The notes: generated by a model from the sequence alone, not told the origin. A stretch of 32,000 nucleotides of DNA from Vibrio gelatinilyticus (GCF_022836845.1 NZ_JAJNNZ010000002.1:15033-47032); one strand, 5' to 3'. Shown: positions 17,593 to 24,704, counted from the stretch's first letter. Numbers and translations are program-made.

Positions 17593-17750
17593 AAGCCTTC
17601 ACCCCTTTTGGTCCCTACTCGATTTGAAGGCGCTATCCATAGCGTAACTATTCAAAATAATTTCCTTATTATTTTAAGATAAGCATTCATGGGCACATCA
17701 TTTACACGCTGCGTAACCCTTGAGTTACCGCACTCTGGCAGTGATGCGAA

Positions 17751-17860
17751 CTGGACTAAACGAAAGCCATTATTGTTGTTGCGATTGCCAAGCGAATTGT
17801 TGTTGCGATTGGCTGAGCGCAGATTTCTCGGATTATTGTTCCAAGACCCGCCGCGAAGCA
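17751..17860 (-). repeat. DGR template repeat (TR)
   Basis: 93 of 110 positions are identical to the VR at 18342-18451. In the target frame it reads LRGGSW NNN P R N LRSA N R NNN SLG N R NNNN GFRLVQ, rich in AAC/AAT codons. It starts 36 nt after the avd stop and ends 158 nt before the RT start. Confidence 0.93.
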
Positions 17861-17895
17861 GACTTTCGATAGATGCTTACCTTTTTGTCCATAAT

Positions 17896-18255
17896 TTAAT
17901 TCTGTGACGCCCCCTTTCGCCAGCCTCCGACTTGATTGCCAATATCCACCACATATTGGCTGCCCGTTTCATAGCTTTTGATATTAATGACCTTTAGCTC
18001 AAAGCTAAGGCGCCATAAGTGGCGCAATAGGTTTAAATTCCGATTAGCCTTATCTAACCATTGCAACTTATGCCTGGTCGTTGCATACCCTGCCTCAACT
18101 AAGCAAGAGAGCAGTGCTAAGGCGCAACGTTCTATTTTTTCACCTAGGCTAAAGCGTCTATTCTTAGGGAACTGATCGAGCTTTGGTATTAGCCATATTA
18201 GATACTGGTGGCAGTTCTCCACCACAGCAATGCTGCCTGGCTTGTTCATTGTCAT
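17896..18255 (-). CDS. avd: Accessory variability determinant (Avd), four-helix-bundle / 23S rRNA-IVS protein family
   Basis: 119 aa. The sequence HQYLIWLIPKLDQFPKNRRFSLGEKIERCALALLSCLVEA is typical of the four-helix-bundle family. It occupies the canonical position between the target gene and the TR. Confidence 0.8.
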   Translation of the reverse strand: MTMNKPGSIAVVENCHQYLIWLIPKLDQFPKNRRFSLGEKIERCALALLSCLVEAGYATTRHKLQWLDKANRNLNLLRHLWRLSFELKVINIKSYETGSQYVVDIGNQVGGWRKGASQN

Positions 18256-18266
18256 CGTTACCTACG

Positions 18267-18307
18267 CCCTTTTCTTGGCTAATATCAGATTAAAACCAAG
18301 AAAAGGG
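18267..18307. promoter_or_regulatory. 12-bp perfect inverted repeat (CCCTTTTCTTGG, 17-nt spacer, CCAAGAAAAGGG) just 3' of the VR and target stop
   Basis: Read directly from the sequence. It lies 26 nt downstream of the stop at 18333. On the minus strand no U-run follows it; the avd RBS and ATG come next. Confidence 0.6.
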
Positions 18308-18332
18308 AAAAAGAAAAAAGTGTAAAGGGAAA

Positions 18333-21227
18333 TTATTGGCCCTGGACTAAACGAAAGCCAAAACTGTTGAAGCGAATGCCAAGCGAATAGTAGCTGCGAG
18401 GGGCTGAGCGCAGATAACTCGGAACACTGTACCAAGACCCGCCGCGAAGCACCCGTCTTTCACACTCGCCTGACTTCCAAGCGTTGCCGTTTCCGGGTGC
18501 GCCATGGTAGTTGTCATTCCAGCAATCTTGCGTCCATTCCCATACATTACCATGCATGTCATAGAGGCCAAAGCGGTTGGCTGAGAAGCTTTTTACGGGT
18601 GCGGTTTTGCTGTCATCCCAACGACTGCCACAGCCATCACAGTTGGCTCGATTACTACCAATGCTATTGCCCCAGCTGTATTTGCTTTGGCTCCCTGCGC
18701 GGGCAGCATATTCCCACTGCGCCTCACTCGGCAGGCTAAACTTAAGACCAGTCGTTTTATTCAGCCATGGAATAAACTGCTGGGTAATGTCTTTATAGCT
18801 GACGTTGATGACAGGGCGGCTGCCACGCCCCCAGTTTTGGTCATCTGGTCTATGCGAGCAGCCACCAGCGGCCACGCAAGCATCCCACTGGGCAAAGGTG
18901 ACTTCGTGTTCCATCATCTTAAAACTTTTCAGCGTCACGCGATGTACAGGCTTTTCATCGTCAACTTGACTATCATTGGAGCCCATTCTAAAGCTACCAG
19001 CGGGGATGGTCACTAACTTACCAACCAAGCGAACTGCTTTTGCCGCCTTCTCTCGTGCCGCCTTCTCTCGTGCCGCCTTCTCTATCGCCGCTTTAGCCGC
19101 TTTAGCCGCTTTAGCCGCTTTAGCCCATTGTGCTTCAACATTGGCGATATCACCAGATAACCCATTAAGCAATTGTTGGTAGTGTTGCGCAGCTTGGCTA
19201 TAGCTTTGCTTGGCTTCTGAATATAAGCCTTGCTTGGCTAAGCTTTGCCCTTTAGTTTGCAGGGTATTGGCCTCAGTTTGTTCTGGTGATTGCAATGAGT
19301 ACTTTTTGATTGCGGCCAGCAATGCGGCTTGAGCTTCTTCTGCTTTTATTTTTTCTGCGCTAATCAGTTTTGTTTGCAACAGTGCCTGCACCAGTAGCGG
19401 TTCACTCTCAGAAAACACCTTGTTTGCTTGAGTAAAATGCCCTTCACTGCGTGCTTTCAAGGCTAATTGGTAGGCGGATAGCCCTTGTTTTACTTTTTCG
19501 GATTGACCATAGCCTTGTTTAGCTAGATAGGCTTCAAGCTGGGCTTTCGCGCTGGTCGCCTTAGTTTGGCTGGCATAAAGACTTTTGCTGGCATTAAATT
19601 CTTGCCATAAGTTTTGATAGCCAGCTTTAACTTCTTCAAGTAGCAATAGTGCTTGAGCACTTTGCTGTTCATTAAGGTTTTGAGTACGTAACAAAGTTTG
19701 TGCTTGCGCAAGCTTACCTTCCAGCTCTGGGATGAGATTGCCATCAACCAAGTAATCTTTCGTTAAGCGCTGGGCAAGTCGAAGCGGTTCAAGGTTGTTA
19801 CTGTTATTACGCTCGGCATCGCGCAAATCCGAGGTTAAGTCACGCACCCCGTTATCGAAGCGGCGAGCGATGGTTTTGATTTCCCCTTGCAGCCTACCTG
19901 CTTGCGCTTGATGCTCGGCAATGAGGGCTTTATCGACTGGAGTTAAATCGGCAATAATGCTATCGAGCCAACCTTGCTGATAAGCAAAGCCGCTCCCCGC
20001 CATCACGGCCAGAGAAAGCGCAATTGGCACCAGTTTGTTGCTGCCTTTTGGATAAGTTGTCGGTTGCGTTTTTAGATTGGAAGTATTCGATATATTGCTT
20101 TTGATACCTATGGTTGTAGCAAGGGCTAATTTGAGTTCAGCCGCGTCACTTGGCCTGTCTTCGGCTTTTGTCTCTAAAGCTTTGTCAACAGCATCTGACA
20201 AGCCTTGTGGTATTTGGTCATTCAGCTCGGTAAGCGACTTAAAACGCCCCGTTGGCACATCTCCTGACAGTAATTCATAAAGCATCACCCCGAGGGCATA
20301 AATATCTGCTCTCTGGTCAACTTTACTGGTGCCTTTGAGTTGTTCAGGTGCCATGTAATAGGCAGTCCCTGTTGCAGCGCCAGTTTGGGTGCGTTGGGTA
20401 TTGCTCATTACGCGCGCAATACCAAAATCCATCAACTTAACCTCACCTTCTTCATCAAGCCAGATATTCTCAGGTTTGATATCACGGTGAACCGTCTGTT
20501 TATGGGCGTAGCTTAGAGCGTCACATAAGGAATTGGCAATGTTCATTGCCTCATCTACATCAAAGGGCACATTAGCAGCTTGACGAGCTTCAATTAACGC
20601 TCGTAAGTCTTGGCCTTCAAGGAGCTCCATGGTGAGAAAAACTTGGTCACCTTGTTGCTGTACATCGAACACATTAACGATATTTGGATGCGATAACTGG
20701 CTTGAGAGCTTGGCTTCATCCATAAAACGAGATAACGCCTTAGGGTTATTCACCAAGTGTGGTAACAGCGTTTTAATCGCGATGCTCTGCTCTTTGATGT
20801 TATCAAATGCTTGGTAGACAACGCCCATTCCACCTTGACCGAGCACACCCTCAATACGATAACGCCCAGCCAGCTCATACCCAGCCCGTAAGGTATTGAC
20901 AGTGCCTTGCGATACCGAGCTAAACTGAGTGCCCGACAAGGGCATATCCGCCATCATGGTTTGGCTGATTGAAGGAGATTCTGTTGCTAAAGCTGATGGC
21001 TTGGCTGCATTGTCCGCCAAACTTGCTCTTAATACTCGAGCCGCTTTTTCAGCATCGTTGAGACGCTGTTGATACTTATCGACTAACGCTTTCGTCGGGG
21101 CGGTTTCAATTTTTTCACGCAGCATCATTTGCTGCTTGGTTAATGCTTCGTTGATTTCATCGTTGGAAAGGGGCGCGCTTTGGTCACTACCTAGGCTAAG
21201 GTATTGCCTGGCTTGGCTTAACTCCAT
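18333..21227 (-). CDS. DGR target: receptor-type Hanks Ser/Thr kinase paralog 2. Order: J-like N-domain, kinase, one TM helix, helical repeats, Ala/Lys linker, C-terminal FGE-sulfatase/C-type-lectin-fold domain carrying the VR
   Basis: Kinase motifs GQGGMGVVYQAFD, AIAIK, HRDIKPENIW, DFGIA and YYMAPE. The TM helix LVPIALSLAVMAGSGFAY lies at about aa 399-416. The FGE-type domain starts at about aa 736 (nt about 18336-19022): IPAGSFRMGS, PVHRV.L..F.M...EVT..QW, LPSEAQWEYAARAG, GLYDMHGNVWEWTQD and RVLRGGSW...RSA.R....GFRLV. Confidence 0.92.
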   Translation of the reverse strand: MELSQARQYLSLGSDQSAPLSNDEINEALTKQQMMLREKIETAPTKALVDKYQQRLNDAEKAARVLRASLADNAAKPSALATESPSISQTMMADMPLSGTQFSSVSQGTVNTLRAGYELAGRYRIEGVLGQGGMGVVYQAFDNIKEQSIAIKTLLPHLVNNPKALSRFMDEAKLSSQLSHPNIVNVFDVQQQGDQVFLTMELLEGQDLRALIEARQAANVPFDVDEAMNIANSLCDALSYAHKQTVHRDIKPENIWLDEEGEVKLMDFGIARVMSNTQRTQTGAATGTAYYMAPEQLKGTSKVDQRADIYALGVMLYELLSGDVPTGRFKSLTELNDQIPQGLSDAVDKALETKAEDRPSDAAELKLALATTIGIKSNISNTSNLKTQPTTYPKGSNKLVPIALSLAVMAGSGFAYQQGWLDSIIADLTPVDKALIAEHQAQAGRLQGEIKTIARRFDNGVRDLTSDLRDAERNNSNNLEPLRLAQRLTKDYLVDGNLIPELEGKLAQAQTLLRTQNLNEQQSAQALLLLEEVKAGYQNLWQEFNASKSLYASQTKATSAKAQLEAYLAKQGYGQSEKVKQGLSAYQLALKARSEGHFTQANKVFSESEPLLVQALLQTKLISAEKIKAEEAQAALLAAIKKYSLQSPEQTEANTLQTKGQSLAKQGLYSEAKQSYSQAAQHYQQLLNGLSGDIANVEAQWAKAAKAAKAAKAAIEKAAREKAAREKAAKAVRLVGKLVTIPAGSFRMGSNDSQVDDEKPVHRVTLKSFKMMEHEVTFAQWDACVAAGGCSHRPDDQNWGRGSRPVINVSYKDITQQFIPWLNKTTGLKFSLPSEAQWEYAARAGSQSKYSWGNSIGSNRANCDGCGSRWDDSKTAPVKSFSANRFGLYDMHGNVWEWTQDCWNDNYHGAPGNGNAWKSGECERRVLRGGSWYSVPSYLRSAPRSYYSLGIRFNSFGFRLVQGQ
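18342..18451 (-). repeat. DGR variable repeat (VR), codons about 926-962 of the target kinase
   Basis: There are 17 mismatches to the TR, all at template A positions on the coding strand. 13 codons are changed: N/R to Y, S, V, S, Y, P, S, Y, Y, I, F, S, F. Confidence 0.93.
19041..19122 (-). repeat. In-frame tandem repeats inside the kinase 2 linker: 15-bp unit in about 3 copies (19041-19085), then 9-bp unit GCCGCTTTA in 4 copies (19087-19122)
   Basis: Read directly from the sequence. The repeats encode AKAAKAAKAAKA and AAREKAAREKAA. Confidence 0.85.
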
Positions 21228-21434
21228 TGTATCCGTACTCTTTTACTGACTGTATTATCTATTATTTAACAATCTCATTCCCCCTCTTGCAATATCTAAT
21301 TTTCATAGATGTTGATTTATCATTCGATTGCGCCAAAGACAGAACCAATAACTCAATGGCCATGTAAATAACTGCTATATTTTTCACTCGGTAAGCTACA
21401 TAAGTCAGATTCAAATAATTACAACGGTATTAAC

Positions 21435-21866
21435 ATGTTACGTTGGTTAAAGTTAAAAATTGCATTAAACAGATTAGCTCGATATCAAATTCGTATCGAT
21501 AATATTTTGCTATTTGTCCCTTTTAGCTCTCATGAGCTTCAAGGCATCTTAAAGGCCATGGTGCAAGGTCAACAAACAGACGCTAAGCGAAAGTTCGCTA
21601 ACCGTCATCATTGGGGGCGAACCGGAGAGCTGGTTAGTGTGGCAGCGAGTGATATAGATGTTGTCGTTATAAAACATATTGAGGCTAGCCCTGATTCTTT
21701 TGGACTATCTGAGCTGCTTGCAATAAAAAGAGATGTCGAGCATGAAAAGGCGCTCTTTATTGAGTCTTTTGATGCCGATGATGAGTCTGGCTATGGTAGA
21801 GCAACCTTCGGTGAATTTCTAACAGGACTGGACGAGCTGGCTGGCTATGTAAAAGCGGAAAATTAG
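21435..21866 (+). CDS. Hypothetical protein (143 aa), acidic C-terminus
   Basis: A clean ORF diverging from the DGR operon. I recognise no motifs. Confidence 0.5.
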   Translation: MLRWLKLKIALNRLARYQIRIDNILLFVPFSSHELQGILKAMVQGQQTDAKRKFANRHHWGRTGELVSVAASDIDVVVIKHIEASPDSFGLSELLAIKRDVEHEKALFIESFDADDESGYGRATFGEFLTGLDELAGYVKAEN

Positions 21867-21930
21867 TACCGCGTTTCGATAGCTAACCTGATGACATTTA
21901 GTGCCCGATTACAGCGACCACCTACTAAAG

Positions 21931-22242
21931 CTATAAGCAATTTAAATCGATGACTGCTTTTACTTGTTGTCTATTATCAGTGATTGATGTTTGTAGTTGC
22001 TTGGCTGCGGTCACTCGTACCTTTGTCACATGTTTGTCTATGCAACCACTTATGCAATCACCACTTGCCTTGATGAAATAGTAAGTGCGGGATTTGTCTT
22101 CTAAATCAAGGCAGATCTGACTGCCATCTCCCAAGTTTTGATTGGTGGAACTTGAAGCTATGCCCTCGATTTCAGCATAACGTTTGGCAAGCTCAGGCAC
22201 GTTGTAGTTTCCTTTAAATGTCAGTGACTTGGTATTTGGCAT
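21931..22242 (-). CDS. Hypothetical protein (103 aa); possibly the 3' part of a longer, frameshifted gene reaching about 22559
   Basis: The same frame stays open and protein-like for about 60 more codons upstream of the ATG (…YEQGRYQAWDELNHTYKVEGFTDFRV-MPNTK) but has no start codon. The ORF 22362..22559 lies in another frame just upstream. Confidence 0.4.
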   Translation of the reverse strand: MPNTKSLTFKGNYNVPELAKRYAEIEGIASSSTNQNLGDGSQICLDLEDKSRTYYFIKASGDCISGCIDKHVTKVRVTAAKQLQTSITDNRQQVKAVIDLNCL

Positions 22243-22709
22243 TACCCTAAAATCGGTGAATCCTTCGACTTTATAGGTATGATTTAACTCATCCCAAGCT
22301 TGATAACGACCTTGTTCATAGGCCGTTAGAGCTTCTGGTTCGAATGTAATAAATAGATTGTTTAGCTTCCATTTTGACCATGTTGAGATAGAGCGTAAGT
22401 GGGGATGACGCTGGTATATCGTTTGTAAATCCTCAGTAATTCGTGAGTCAATAGAGAGTCCGGCCTCGGGCCTCTAGCGTGCCGTATCGCAACAAGCTCT
22501 GCAGTTCCCTGCAACTTAGATAGGGAATCATCTTTAAGTGTTGACGAGGTATCTTGCAAGCTAGCGTAAACGCAATTTACTGTTAAGCCGCAGATTAATG
22601 CGAAAAAAGGGTTTTATTATGCACTCATGACTCCAACGTTTTCAGTAGTATCAAAGATCAAAATAAGCATAATAAGACTCTAAGGGACACATTCAAATAA
22701 AGAGATTCT

Positions 22710-23309
22710 ATGCTGCGTTTTCTAACGATCATCACTATGTGGTTAATTCTTGGCTTTTCGGCTGCAAGTTATAGCCAAGATAAGCCTTATCCTTACTATT
22801 TATTGAAAGTTCCCTCACCAACCGAGTCCATTGACGATAGCATGCCAGTTATTGGCTTCGAACTTGATGCCTCAGATTTATACCACTTCATGCAAAAGCA
22901 AATTCAAACACAGGCTATCTTCTTTTTCTCTATTGAGCTTCCTTGGTCACTAAAGCAAGCATCACTGAGTCGCTTTACGGCGATTGATTACCAACATTTT
23001 AGTGAAGATGGTGAGCAATACTATGCGCCCATGGGTAAAGCGGAGTTCTTGTTGCCCAATCTAGATAGTTTCAAACATGGCTTTTTTCGTCAGCGTGATT
23101 TTAGAGGACCTGAAACGACACAATACCAAGGCTTCTATCAGGTTTTCAAAATGCACTGCTTTAGTGGACTATGCAGTTATCAACTGCGCCTTGTCGCCCC
23201 CTCTCCTGAACAAGCGCAAGCAACTTACCAGACGGTTTACTCTCAGCTAGAGAACGACTATCTACATGATCCTGACTTACGGCTGCTGTATGTATCACAA
23301 GAACCTTGA
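22710..23309 (+). CDS. Hypothetical secreted protein (199 aa)
   Basis: An N-terminal signal-peptide-like segment MLRFLTIITMWLILGFSAASYSQ is present. I recognise no other motifs. Confidence 0.55.
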   Translation: MLRFLTIITMWLILGFSAASYSQDKPYPYYLLKVPSPTESIDDSMPVIGFELDASDLYHFMQKQIQTQAIFFFSIELPWSLKQASLSRFTAIDYQHFSEDGEQYYAPMGKAEFLLPNLDSFKHGFFRQRDFRGPETTQYQGFYQVFKMHCFSGLCSYQLRLVAPSPEQAQATYQTVYSQLENDYLHDPDLRLLYVSQEP

Positions 23310-23638
23310 GCTGAATAGAGAATGGGCGCTGTCATGGTAAGTAACTTGCGATTAAGCTGTTTTGGGGTTGATGAGTATTTAACAGTGGAACGGGCATGAC
23401 TGGTTTAACAGGTAGGCTTTTTAGGCGGGCAATCCATTTCAAACTCAACACATTCCATCTTCAATATCTCACGCATCAAGGCATGGCATCACAACGCAAC
23501 GTCGATGTATTTGATATAAAAACAGCCTTCATGAAAGCACAAATACGCCAATCACGAGACAAATCAAACCAAACAATATTGGATTAAATCAATATTGTTG
23601 ATAACAATGAGATACCTTTCGTTAACTACCTAATCGTC

Positions 23639-24205
23639 CTATGATTCAATCCCTTCTGAGATGTTCAATGCATCTTCAATTTCTACACCCAGATAACGAA
23701 TAGTATTCGTCTAATTTCACGTGCCCTAGTAATAGTTGTACAGCCCGTATATTTTTAGTTCGAGCGTAAATCAATGTCGCCTTGGTGCGGCGCATGGAAT
23801 GCGTTCCATAGAGATAGGGATCGTAGCCAAGTTCCGTTGCCCAGCGGCGAATAATGGTGGCATAGCAACTATAGCTCAAAGGCCTCCCTTGTTTACGGGG
23901 ACTGGGAAACAGATAGTCTTGAGCCGAAAGTTGACTATAAATCAACCATTAAGTTAATGATTGTGCAGTGCGTGAAGTGTTCTCAAACTGTACCTCTCTG
24001 CCCGTTTTACTTTGGCTGTAAAGCACACGATCTTGAATCACACCACCGGAAGAAATATCCCTCACTTTCATTCTTAGCAAGTCACAAGAACGCAACTTGC
24101 AATCGATGGCGAGATTGAGCAGGGCCAATTCCATGATATTGCCTTCGATTTCTAGTCTAGTGCGAATTCGCCAGATATCTTCGAGCTTGAAGGGTGCCGA
24201 CGGTA
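23639..24205 (-). pseudogene. Degraded tyrosine recombinase (small phage-integrase-family type): 5'-truncated and frameshifted at least twice
   Basis: Three frames together read …PFKLEDIWRIRTRLEIEGNI-MELALLNLAIDCKLRSCDLLRMKVRDI…, …GTHSMRRTKATLIYARTKNIRAVQLLLGH… and, after a further shift, IRYLGVEIEDALNISEGIES-stop. The R, HxxR and H motifs are recognisable. The N-terminus is cut off at the IS fragment. Confidence 0.7.
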
Positions 24206-24207
24206 GG

Positions 24208-24363
24208 TTACGTAGCTTTATTGAAGCTCAACAAGAAATTACTCGATACATAATTCAGTATTACTGTCAGGTCAGGCCCCATCAATATAATGGAGGGCTG
24301 ACACCCAACGAGTCAGAACGATTGTTCTGGTTAAACTCTAAGAGCGTGGCCAATATCAGTTGA
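24208..24363 (+). mobile_element. 3' fragment of an IS3-family transposase (OrfB C-terminus)
   Basis: …RSFIEAQQEITRYIIQYYCQVRPHQYNGGLTPNESERLFW… matches the conserved tail of IS3-family integrase-core transposases (xYN..RPH..L.g.TP...E). No catalytic core or inverted repeats are present. Confidence 0.55.
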
Positions 24364-24366
24364 CCA

Positions 24367-24573
24367 CTACATACCGCTCCCCCAAGCTGAGTTAAGGTTT
24401 AAGACATAGTTCCTTTCCCTGTCTTCCCCTTCACGGCTCTCATCAAAGCCTTGGGATACTAGAAATCGTGTTAGAAACTCCGCATATCTCACGTGCCCTA
24501 ACATGTCTTCTGGGAAGTGCTCCCCATCAATCTCTATACTTGCTGACCAATTGAACTTAATATCTGCAGCCAT
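24367..24573 (-). pseudogene. KAP-family P-loop NTPase, N-terminal 68 codons only, truncated inside the Walker A motif
   Basis: GGAGGG RBS plus ATG at 24573. It reads MAADIKFNW…DMLGHVRYAEFLTRFLV…RNYVLNLNSAWGSG-M-stop. KAP NTPases carry G.WGSGK(T/S) at this point. The reading frame ends at the IS3 fragment boundary. Confidence 0.5.
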
Positions 24574-24704
24574 AGTCCCTCCTACAAATAGACTAATGGT
24601 ATCTTGACTGCATATGGTTTTAAATTGAAAGGCTAAAAATGGAAAGTATGAGGTAGTGCTAGTTTTATCAGGACGATAATCGACTTTATGATAACGAAGC
24701 AAAC

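Noticed and set aside
17689-17907. 72-aa plus-strand ORF between the RT and avd
   Set aside because: It lies antisense across the TR and spacer, has no RBS and gives an odd Leu/Arg-rich translation. The region is better explained as the non-coding DGR RNA template.
19041-19122. Short direct repeats as a possible CRISPR array or other non-coding repeat array
   Set aside because: The units are contiguous 9-bp and 15-bp tandem repeats with no spacers, and they lie in frame inside a long intact CDS. I saw no CRISPR-like repeat-spacer structure anywhere in the window.
23396-23587. 63-aa plus-strand ORF after the secreted-protein gene
   Set aside because: It has no RBS and no recognisable motifs, and it lies in an AT-rich stretch next to the decayed integrase. 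I cannot support it as a gene.
23594-23608. Palindrome ATTGTT-GAT-AACAAT downstream of the degraded integrase as its recombination core site
   Set aside because: The 3-bp spacer is too short for a tyrosine-recombinase core, there is no second copy in the window, and such AT-rich palindromes arise easily by chance.
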